A stretch of 64,000 bases of DNA, from the NCBI GenBank assembly GCA_037447435.1, contig JBBIGR010000014.1, forward strand, positions 16,318-80,317, written 5' to 3'. Below are positions 56,873 to 64,000 of this stretch, piece after piece (the stretch's first letter is position 1; every line of letters begins with the position of its first letter). The position numbers and the translations under genes were made by a program. The notes under the pieces are model-generated. The model saw only the letters and a program-made list of their open reading frames with translations, did no database searches and was not told the origin of the DNA. This DNA comes from Fibrobacteria bacterium (lineage in GTDB: Bacteria; Fibrobacterota; Chitinivibrionia; Chitinivibrionales; FEN-1185).

Positions 56873-59800
56873 TTATTCACTGCGTATGGCCGCAGGTTTT
56901 TCATACCCTAATACCGGATCCAGCCATTTTTCAACCTCCTCATTTTTCATGCCTTTTCTTCCCGCATACGATTCCACCTGATCGCGACCAATGGCCTGCA
57001 ATCCAAAATACCGCGATTGCGGATGAGAGAAATAATAGCCGCAGACCGACGCGGCGGGATACATTGCCCCGCTCACGGTCAACGACATACCGATATTTTT
57101 ACTTACATCGAGCAATTGAAATATCTGATTCTTTTCGCTATGATCCGGGCAAGCCGGATACCCCGGTGCCGGACGAACCCCTTGGTATTTCACACGAAGC
57201 ATTTCTTTTATTTGTAACGATTCGTGCGGGGCGTAAGCCCAATATTCTTTTCTGACCTTTTCGTGCAGCCATTCGGCGCATGCCTCCGCGAGCCTGTCGG
57301 CAAGGAGTTTTACCATGATTGCGGAATAATCGTCTTTGGCGTTTTCGTATTTAGCAACAACGTCTTCAAGCCCGATCCCTGCGGTGCAGGCAAAAAGACC
57401 GACATAATCCTTTACGCCGCTTTCGATCGGCGCCACAAAATCGGACAGTGAGACGTACTCCGTTTTCTCATTTTTTCTCACTTGTTGGCGAAGGCAATGA
57501 ATGGCGGAAAGCTTTGTTTCCCTGGTTTCGTCCGAGTACAAAATAATGTCCTCAAAATCCTTTGTTTGCGCCGGAAAGAAACCGACGACCGCTTTTGCAG
57601 CAAGCAAGTTATGCGCAACAATTTCATCGAGCAATGCCGCCGCGTCGTCGAACAATTTTTTCGCGGATGGTCCGACAATCGGGTCTTCCAGTAAATACGG
57701 GTACGCGCCTTTTAATCCCCATGCGGAGAAAACGAAATTCCAGTCTATATAGCCTCGCAAATCCCCCAGCGATATAGTATCGAGGACAAAGACTCCGTCC
57801 TTTTGAGGCTTGGGAGGCTCATACCCATGCCATGAAATCGAGACCCGATTCGATTTCGCTTCAAGGTACGGGATAATTTCCATAGAGACATTCGCCTTTT
57901 CATGTTTTTCGCGCAAAAGCGTTTGCTTTGCGACAATCTCCTTGCCGAATAAAAACCTGTCTTTTGTATCCACAAGCCTTTGACATACCGGAACAGCAAG
58001 CGAAGCATCGGCGACATGCACGCAAATACCGCTGTATTGCGTTGCGATTTTAACCGCAGTGTGCATAGGTGAGGTCGTGGCCCCGCCGATTAAAAGCGGC
58101 ATGGTTATTTTGCATCGCTCCATTTCCGAAGCAATATGGGCCATCTCCACAAGAGAGGGAGTTATAAGGCCGGAGACGCCGATAAAATCCGCTTTTTCCT
58201 TTATCGCTGTGTCAAGAATCGTTTCGCATGGAACCATGACGCCCAGGTCAATGACGCGGAAATTATTGCATTGCAGGACTACTTCGACGATTTTTTTACC
58301 GATATCATGAACGTCGCCTTTGACGGTTGCAAGAACAATCGTTGCCTGCGGCGTTTGGTTTCCGTCGGCGTCGCTTTCCATGAACGGCAGCAAAATGGCA
58401 ACGGCCTTTTTCATCACCCGGGCGCTTTTAATCACCTGCGGCAAAAACATCTTTCCTTCTCCGAACAATTTCCCGACCTCGTTCATACCGGCCATGAGCG
58501 GCCCCTCGATGACTTTCAAAGGCGACCCTATGAGCGCATAGGCCTCTTTCGTGTCATCTTCGACAAACGCGTCGACCCCCTTGACCAACGCATAGGTCAA
58601 ACGCGCGTTTACCTCCATACCGCGCCACGACAAGTCCTCTTTTTTCGCTTTCGATTGCGCGCCGACGGTTTGTGCGAGGTCAAGCAACCGCTCCGCCGCG
58701 TCTTCGCGCCTGTCAAATATGACGTCTTCGATGCGCTCGCGTAACCCCGCATCGATTGTTTCATACGGAACAAGTTGCCCGGCATTGACGATTCCCATGG
58801 TAAGTCCGGCTTTAATCGCATGGTATAAAAACGCCGCGTTGATTGCTTCCCGCAGTCCGTTGTTACCGCGAAAGGCAAACGACACGTTGCTGAGCCCCCC
58901 GCTTATGCCGCATTCGGGAAACAACTGCCTTATTCTTTTTACCGCATTGAGAAAATCGATTCCGTATTTTCTATGTTCGGCAAGACCGGTCGCTATAGCA
59001 AAAACGTTTGGGTCAAAAACGATATCGTGGGGGGCAAATCCTAATTGTTCGACCAGCAATTTATAGGCGCGCGAACAAATTTCAACTTTCCGGATTTCGG
59101 TGTCCGCCTGACCTTTTTCATCAAAAGCCATGACAACGACCGCGGCTCCGAATTTCGCTATTTCTTTGGCCCTATTGCAAAAAACGTCTTCCCCTTCCTT
59201 GAGGGAAAGCGAATTGACAATACATTTTCCCTGTACGCATGCCAAGCCTGCAAGCAAAACATCCCACTGCGAGGAATCTATCATTATCGGAACATGTGCA
59301 ATATCGGGCTCGGCTGCAACAAGGTTTAGAAACTCGACCATTGCAGCCTTGGCATCGAGCATCGAATCGTCCATATTGATATCTATGACGCTAGCACCAT
59401 TGTCGATTTGCTGTTTCGCAACCGACAATGCCGCGTCATAATCCTTTGCGCGTATCAGAGCGGCAAATTTTGCCGATCCCGTAACGTTCGTGCGCTCCCC
59501 TATATTTACAAATAATGATTCTGGCCCGACGACGCACGCCGCAAGCCCACTTAAGCAAATACCGGGCTTGCGATGGGGTATTTCGCGGATCTTCGCATCG
59601 ATCAACGCCTCGCCGATCGCCCGTATATGAGCGGGTGTCGTACCGCAGCAGCCGCCGACGATATTGACGATGCCGTCGCGTGCAAATCCGGCCAGCGTTT
59701 GCGCCATTGTTTGGGGCGTTTCGTCGTAGGTCCCATATGCATTCGGTAAACCGGCATTGGGATGAACGCTGATAAAATACGGCGCAATGCCGCTTAATTC

Positions 59801-60601
59801 CTGTACGTATTGCCGCAATTGCCCTGCACCGAGCGCGCAATTGAAGCCGATTGAAAACGGCTTTATATGTTCGACGGAATATAAAAACGCTTCGACCGTT
59901 TGCCCCGATAACGTCCGTCCGCTTGCATCCGTAATCGTGGAGGACACCATGACCGGCACCCGGCAATGCGTTTCTTCGAAAAGCCGCAATAGGCCGTGAA
60001 TTGCCGCTTTACAATTAAGCGTATCGAAAACCGTTTCGATGATGAACAGGTCGACACCGCCGTCCAGGAGTCCTTTAGCAGCCTCTGTATATGCGCTGGC
60101 CAATTCATCGAATGCTATATTCCTATACCCGGGCCTGTTGACATCTGGAGAAATGCTCAATGTTTTATTGGTCGGCCCCAAATCGCCTGCAACAAATCGC
60201 GGTTTGTGGGGCGTCGTATGTGTCGCGGCAAGCGCCGCCTGTTTTGCGATTCGCGCACCTTCGTAATTAAGCGTATAGACAATGCTTTCCAAACCATAAT
60301 CAGCTTGCGACACCGCGGTCGAATTGAACGTATTGGTTTTAATGATGTCGGCCCCGGCGTTTAAATATTGAGAATGAATATCGACAACAACATTCGGCTG
60401 CGTCAGGTTCAAGACATCGTTATTCCCGCGCAAATCGCGCGTGTGCGAAGCGAATTCTTTTCCCCGGAAGTCTGCTTCCGATAATTCTTTCTGTTGAAGC
60501 ATCGTGCCCATAGCACCGTCGAGTATCACGATACGCTTACATATAATATCCGAAAGTTGCCGTTCGCTTTTCGAAACGGCCGAAGAAATGGTTGATTGCA
60601 T
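56873..60601 (-). CDS. metH: cobalamin-dependent methionine synthase
   Basis: All four modules are present. The Hcy-binding domain has [11 protein letters not shown]. The pterin-binding domain is present. The B12-binding domain has [10 protein letters not shown] and the Asp-x-His-x-x-Gly motif. The C-terminal AdoMet-activation domain is present. Size is 1242 aa. Confidence 0.95.
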   Translation of the reverse strand: MQSTISSAVSKSERQLSDIICKRIVILDGAMGTMLQQKELSEADFRGKEFASHTRDLRGNNDVLNLTQPNVVVDIHSQYLNAGADIIKTNTFNSTAVSQADYGLESIVYTLNYEGARIAKQAALAATHTTPHKPRFVAGDLGPTNKTLSISPDVNRPGYRNIAFDELASAYTEAAKGLLDGGVDLFIIETVFDTLNCKAAIHGLLRLFEETHCRVPVMVSSTITDASGRTLSGQTVEAFLYSVEHIKPFSIGFNCALGAGQLRQYVQELSGIAPYFISVHPNAGLPNAYGTYDETPQTMAQTLAGFARDGIVNIVGGCCGTTPAHIRAIGEALIDAKIREIPHRKPGICLSGLAACVVGPESLFVNIGERTNVTGSAKFAALIRAKDYDAALSVAKQQIDNGASVIDINMDDSMLDAKAAMVEFLNLVAAEPDIAHVPIMIDSSQWDVLLAGLACVQGKCIVNSLSLKEGEDVFCNRAKEIAKFGAAVVVMAFDEKGQADTEIRKVEICSRAYKLLVEQLGFAPHDIVFDPNVFAIATGLAEHRKYGIDFLNAVKRIRQLFPECGISGGLSNVSFAFRGNNGLREAINAAFLYHAIKAGLTMGIVNAGQLVPYETIDAGLRERIEDVIFDRREDAAERLLDLAQTVGAQSKAKKEDLSWRGMEVNARLTYALVKGVDAFVEDDTKEAYALIGSPLKVIEGPLMAGMNEVGKLFGEGKMFLPQVIKSARVMKKAVAILLPFMESDADGNQTPQATIVLATVKGDVHDIGKKIVEVVLQCNNFRVIDLGVMVPCETILDTAIKEKADFIGVSGLITPSLVEMAHIASEMERCKITMPLLIGGATTSPMHTAVKIATQYSGICVHVADASLAVPVCQRLVDTKDRFLFGKEIVAKQTLLREKHEKANVSMEIIPYLEAKSNRVSISWHGYEPPKPQKDGVFVLDTISLGDLRGYIDWNFVFSAWGLKGAYPYLLEDPIVGPSAKKLFDDAAALLDEIVAHNLLAAKAVVGFFPAQTKDFEDIILYSDETRETKLSAIHCLRQQVRKNEKTEYVSLSDFVAPIESGVKDYVGLFACTAGIGLEDVVAKYENAKDDYSAIMVKLLADRLAEACAEWLHEKVRKEYWAYAPHESLQIKEMLRVKYQGVRPAPGYPACPDHSEKNQIFQLLDVSKNIGMSLTVSGAMYPAASVCGYYFSHPQSRYFGLQAIGRDQVESYAGRKGMKNEEVEKWLDPVLGYEKPAAIRSE

Positions 60602-60698
60602 GATTTAACTTCTATTGATGATTTTTATACTATCTTATTGAATAATATAAATTTAAACATACACGGTATACCGTCTGAAACGCAAAAGAAGCAAAACC

Positions 60699-61523
60699 AT
60701 GCTCATCACCGATTATCTCCCTTTTGTCCCGGGGCATACTCCCGGCCATGGCCCGACCGCCACGGACCAATGGTTGTTATTTTCCGGTTCAAAATTATTA
60801 TTCGGCAATAAAAACGATCTTCCGACCACTGCCGAAATTCCGTTTTTGCCGCAGCCGACCAATACCGCCTTATACCTCGGTAATTCGGGGCCGACACAAT
60901 ACTTCTGCGCAAATGTTCCAACGGAATCAAAGGCGCCTGCGTCTTTTGATTTTGTAGAATTAAGAACCGCTCTGTTACGGGCAACACCCGATACGTTTAT
61001 GATCATAAGCAGGGCCAGCAAACTCTTATCATGGGAAAAGCTCAATCGGTTTTGCGGACAATGCGGCGGCCCAACCGTCGATAAAGCAACCGAGCACGCA
61101 AAGGAATGTACCGCTTGCAAAACAGTCGTGTATCCGCGAATATCGCCCGCCGTCATTGTTGCAATAGTAAACAACGGTAAACTGCTTCTGGCCAGAAAAA
61201 AAGACTGGCCGTACAAATTTCACAGCGTCATTGCGGGATTTGTCGAAGCCGGCGAATCGTTGGAGACTTGCGCCAAAAGGGAAGCGTTCGAAGAAGTCGG
61301 CATCAGGATAAAAAACATCCGGTATTTTGCCAGTCAACCGTGGCCGTTTCCCGACTCGCTCATGTGCGCCTTTACCTCCGAATACGACGGCGGGGAAATC
61401 GTCGTTGACAATGTCGAACTGGAAACGGCGGATTGGTATGGTCCCTCGGAACTTCCAGCAATACCTGCGCCGGGCAGCGTTTCTCGGAAACTCATAGACT
61501 GGTTTGTGCAAACCTATTCCTGA
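60699..61523 (+). CDS. nudC: NAD(+) diphosphatase (NADH pyrophosphatase, Nudix)
   Basis: A zinc ribbon reads CGQCGG...CTACK. The Nudix box is GFVEAGESLETCAKREAFEEVGI, followed by the NudC-specific SQPWPFP. Confidence 0.85.
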   Translation: MLITDYLPFVPGHTPGHGPTATDQWLLFSGSKLLFGNKNDLPTTAEIPFLPQPTNTALYLGNSGPTQYFCANVPTESKAPASFDFVELRTALLRATPDTFMIISRASKLLSWEKLNRFCGQCGGPTVDKATEHAKECTACKTVVYPRISPAVIVAIVNNGKLLLARKKDWPYKFHSVIAGFVEAGESLETCAKREAFEEVGIRIKNIRYFASQPWPFPDSLMCAFTSEYDGGEIVVDNVELETADWYGPSELPAIPAPGSVSRKLIDWFVQTYS

Positions 61524-61544
61524 TTTTAACCGATCGGATTTCGC

Positions 61545-62063
61545 ATGATTGCTATTTTACGAAAACGCCGCAGTATCAGAAAATATGCTGATAAGAAAAT
61601 CGGCAAGGCGGCCATCGCCGTACTGAAAGAATCCCTGCTTCGGTCGCCTTCGTCGCGCGATATAAAACCGTGGGAATTTGTTTTTGTTTCCGATCCCCAA
61701 ACACTGCACAAGCTTTCGGCTGCAAAAGAACACGGCAGCGAATTTCTCAAGAATTCAGGTCTTGGTATAGTGGTCTGTGCAGACGAAACTAAATCGGACG
61801 TTTGGATCGAAGATTGTTCGATTGCATCGACGATTGCGCATTGTACCGCCCACACTTTAGGCTTGGGAAGTTGCTGGATTCAAATTCGCAACCGTAGACA
61901 TTCTGAAAAAATCACGTCCGAAAAATTCATCAAAAAAATACTTGGTATTCCATCACATATCCGTGTAGAAGCTATAATCAGCATTGGCATACCTGCGGAA
62001 AGTAAAAAACCGCTGGGTAAAAGAAAATTGCTCTATAGTAAAATTCATGAAAACACCTATTAA
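61545..62063 (+). CDS. nitroreductase family protein
   Basis: The N-terminal LRKRRSIRKY...SPSSRDIKPWEFVFV and the later LGLGSCWI support the call. Confidence 0.75.
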   Translation: MIAILRKRRSIRKYADKKIGKAAIAVLKESLLRSPSSRDIKPWEFVFVSDPQTLHKLSAAKEHGSEFLKNSGLGIVVCADETKSDVWIEDCSIASTIAHCTAHTLGLGSCWIQIRNRRHSEKITSEKFIKKILGIPSHIRVEAIISIGIPAESKKPLGKRKLLYSKIHENTY

Positions 62064-62121
62064 TAGTATTTGCAATAATTTGTTATTTTCTTTTTGATAC
62101 GCTTCGCCGATAATTTATTTT

Positions 62122-62146
62122 ATAGTTTATAAATATTATAAACTAT
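62122..62146. promoter_or_regulatory. 11-bp perfect inverted repeat ATAGTTTATAA-ata-TTATAAACTAT upstream of the transsulfuration-family genes
   Basis: It lies in an AT-rich 158-bp intergenic region, 75 nt upstream of the ATG at 62222. Confidence 0.35.
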
Positions 62147-62221
62147 TTATTGTTTGATATTATATTAATGTTATTTGAATGCATATTAATTGTTTTATCA
62201 GTGAAAGTTAGATTATAGCTT

Positions 62222-63376
62222 ATGAATAAAAATCAAGGCAATATTGCAACTAAGCTTTGTCAGGTCGGTTTGTGCACAGACGAAAAAACCGGTGCTATCA
62301 GCACGCCCATTTACCAAACAGCGACGTTTAGGCATATTGGTCCCGGACAATCTACGGGATACGATTATTCACGCACCTTAAATCCCACTCGAGAAGTGCT
62401 TGAAAAAGAAATAGCAGGCCTGGAAAACGGCGATTGCGGTTTTGCTTTTTCATCGGGCATGGCGGCAATCGCAGCAGTCGTCGGAATTTTTAAACCCGGC
62501 GATACCATCCTGGCTTCGGACGATTTATACGGCGGTACATACCGATTTTTCGAAACATTTGCCAGGCCTCACGGAATAAAAACGTTATATGTGGATACAA
62601 CGAAAGACAAAGAAGTTGCCGCCCTTTTTTCAAAAGAGAAAATTGCCGGCATATTCATTGAAACACCCACAAACCCGATTATGAAAATTACCGATGTAAA
62701 AAAAATGGCTGCGCTCGCAAAAAACAACAATGCGATCGTCATTGTCGATAACACGTTCATGACGCCGCTGTTGCAACAGCCTATCGGCCTCGGTGCGGAT
62801 GTGGTGATTCATAGCGGAACAAAATTCCTTGCCGGCCACAACGACACCCTGTGCGGACTTGTGGTGACAAAATCGCAGAAACTTTCGGAACGGATCGGTT
62901 TCATTCAAAATGCTTCGGGCGGCATATTGTCGCCGTTCGATTCCTGGCTTGTTTTGCGCGGCATCAAAACGCTTTCCGTTCGCCTTGAACGTTCACAGAA
63001 TAACGCGCAAAAAATCGCAACGTGGCTTTCCCGGCATCCTCATGTTGTCAACACCTACTATCCGGGCCTTGTTTCGCATCCCGGAGCCGCGCTCCACAAA
63101 AAGCAAGCAAGCGGACCCGGGGCCATCATTTCATTTCGCGTTACCAATGCAAAACGGGCACTCTCGATATTACGAAACGTCAAAGTCATATCGTTTGCCG
63201 AGAGTCTGGGCGGCGTTGAAACGCTTATAACCCATCCGTCGCGGCAAACGCACACCGACATTCCTTTGACAACCCGACAATGCCTCGGCATTTCCGACGA
63301 TTTGCTCCGGCTGTCGGTAGGCATAGAACACGTTGACGATCTTATCGCAGACCTTAAAACCGCTTTGGAGAAATAA
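62222..63376 (+). CDS. Cys/Met-metabolism PLP-dependent enzyme (cystathionine gamma-synthase / gamma-lyase / beta-lyase family)
   Basis: The PLP-lysine region is HSGTKFLAGHND. The N-terminal ..TGAISTPIYQTATF and DNTF.TP are family-conserved. Confidence 0.85.
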   Translation: MNKNQGNIATKLCQVGLCTDEKTGAISTPIYQTATFRHIGPGQSTGYDYSRTLNPTREVLEKEIAGLENGDCGFAFSSGMAAIAAVVGIFKPGDTILASDDLYGGTYRFFETFARPHGIKTLYVDTTKDKEVAALFSKEKIAGIFIETPTNPIMKITDVKKMAALAKNNNAIVIVDNTFMTPLLQQPIGLGADVVIHSGTKFLAGHNDTLCGLVVTKSQKLSERIGFIQNASGGILSPFDSWLVLRGIKTLSVRLERSQNNAQKIATWLSRHPHVVNTYYPGLVSHPGAALHKKQASGPGAIISFRVTNAKRALSILRNVKVISFAESLGGVETLITHPSRQTHTDIPLTTRQCLGISDDLLRLSVGIEHVDDLIADLKTALEK

Positions 63377-63379
63377 TTT

Positions 63380-64000
63380 ATGGACATACATAACCCTGTC
63401 AATTACGATACGTCTATATTACACGGCGCTGCAGACCGGGACGAAGTAACGGGCGCGCTTTCCATTCCAATTTATAATGCCTCGACATTTCACCAAAAGG
63501 ACATTTCCGTTCGTCAGGAATTCGATTACGGCCGTTCGGGAAACCCCACGCGCAAAGCATTGGAAGAAACGCTTGCAGGACTTGAAAGCGGGCATAGCGC
63601 CTATGCGTTTTCTTCCGGCATGTCGGCCATACACGCCGCAATAACCGCATTTGTAAAGGCTGGAGACCACATCGTGGTTACCCGGGACATTTACGGAGGT
63701 TCGTACCGCTTTCTTACGGGATTTTTGTCCAAATTCGGCGTCACGCATACGTTTGTCGACACCACGGACCCGAAAAATGCTTTAGCAGCCATCCAGCCCA
63801 ACACGAAAATCCTGTTCCTCGAAAGTCCGTCAAACCCTCTGTTGAAAATCACGGACATAGTCGCGCATGTAAAAATCGCAAAAGACCACGACCTTGTGTC
63901 TATGATAGATAATACTTTTCTGTCGCCGTATTTTTTGCGTCCTCTTGAACTCGGTATTGACATAAGTATTCACAGTGCGACAAAATTTTTAGGCGGTCAT
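63380..64000 (+). CDS. second Cys/Met-metabolism PLP-dependent enzyme (5' part; continues beyond window)
   Basis: A hand-translated frame-2 ORF runs from ATG 63380 with no stop to the window end. It reads MDIHNPVNYDTSILHGAADRDEVTGALSIPIYNASTF...YGRSGNPTR...DNTFLSPYF...IHSATKFLGGH, a paralog of the preceding gene. Confidence 0.8.
   Translation, partial: MDIHNPVNYDTSILHGAADRDEVTGALSIPIYNASTFHQKDISVRQEFDYGRSGNPTRKALEETLAGLESGHSAYAFSSGMSAIHAAITAFVKAGDHIVVTRDIYGGSYRFLTGFLSKFGVTHTFVDTTDPKNALAAIQPNTKILFLESPSNPLLKITDIVAHVKIAKDHDLVSMIDNTFLSPYFLRPLELGIDISIHSATKFLGGH

Noticed and set aside
53080-60601. Numerous 60-300-aa ORFs antisense to or overlapping ilvC, ilvB and metH
   Set aside because: All are embedded in long genes with unambiguous conserved motifs on the other strand or frame. 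GC-rich coding regions generate long spurious antisense ORFs.
1-64000. Mobile elements, CRISPR arrays, tRNA/rRNA genes
   Set aside because: No transposase, integrase or recombinase motifs appear in any frame. No regularly spaced direct repeats are present. Intergenic gaps were inspected for GTTC/TTCGAATC-type tRNA signatures and none was found. A tRNA cannot be fully excluded without tRNAscan.

Overview
This 64-kb window reads as ordinary bacterial chromosome. Coding density is high, GC is moderate, and there is no transposase, integrase, CRISPR array or tRNA gene that I could recognise by eye. Gene content points to a Gram-negative, flagellated organism that produces a GH18 enzyme with a T9SS-like C-terminal sorting domain, which tentatively suggests the FCB / Fibrobacteres-like supergroup, but that is only a guess.

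The main blocks, in order:
- **1-8.9 kb:** an EF-hand protein, then a divergent guanidino-modifying (agmatine-deiminase/PAD-like) enzyme. These are followed by an orphan 7TM sensor histidine kinase, an ABC-2 exporter pair, a MATE efflux pump and a secreted GH18 chitinase-like protein.
- **8.9-15.5 kb:** a SAM methyltransferase and a secreted discoidin-like protein, then a UDP-sugar pyrophosphorylase gene overlapping tRNA-dihydrouridine synthase. A tandem universal stress protein follows. Flagellin has a textbook sigma-28 promoter, and tadA closes the block.
- **15.6-24.2 kb:** a compact secretion-apparatus locus with type II secretion (T2SS) / type IV pilus (T4P) genes. The order is E-type ATPase, secretin, a PilM-PilN (GspL-like) fusion, PilO-like, PilP/GspC-like, a large GspK-like protein and two prepilin-type minor pilins. 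No platform protein, major pilin or prepilin peptidase lies in the window.
- **24.2-29.8 kb:** housekeeping genes (nitroreductase, SpoIID/LytB, def, yajC, an amidohydrolase).
- **29.9-33.5 kb:** a pentapeptide-repeat protein with a 12-nt homopolymer inside the CDS. It is divergent from an NfeD-flotillin-DUF2461 operon whose upstream region carries two perfect palindromes.
- **33.6-38.5 kb:** a giant TPR protein and a TPR-GT41 (O-GlcNAc-transferase-like) protein.
- **38.5-42.1 kb:** two divergent two-gene modules, each ending in a secreted parallel beta-helix protein. One is translationally coupled to a Crp-like cNMP-binding regulator and the other to a lipoprotein.
- **42.1-47.5 kb:** a Tat-exported Fe/Mn superoxide dismutase, and a TetR-fabF pair sharing an operator-like motif. 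ychF and an acyltransferase fused to a zinc-ribbon-like domain follow.
- **47.6-56.5 kb:** a minus-strand branched-chain amino-acid operon, ilvB-ilvN-ilvC-leuA-leuB-cimA-ilvE.
- **56.9-64.0 kb:** full-length metH, nudC, a second nitroreductase, and two tandem Cys/Met-metabolism PLP enzymes (the second truncated by the window end).

The most novel candidates are the non-canonical T2SS/T4P locus, the two cNMP-regulator/beta-helix modules, the divergent deiminase with its N-terminal extension, and the zinc-ribbon-fused acyltransferase.
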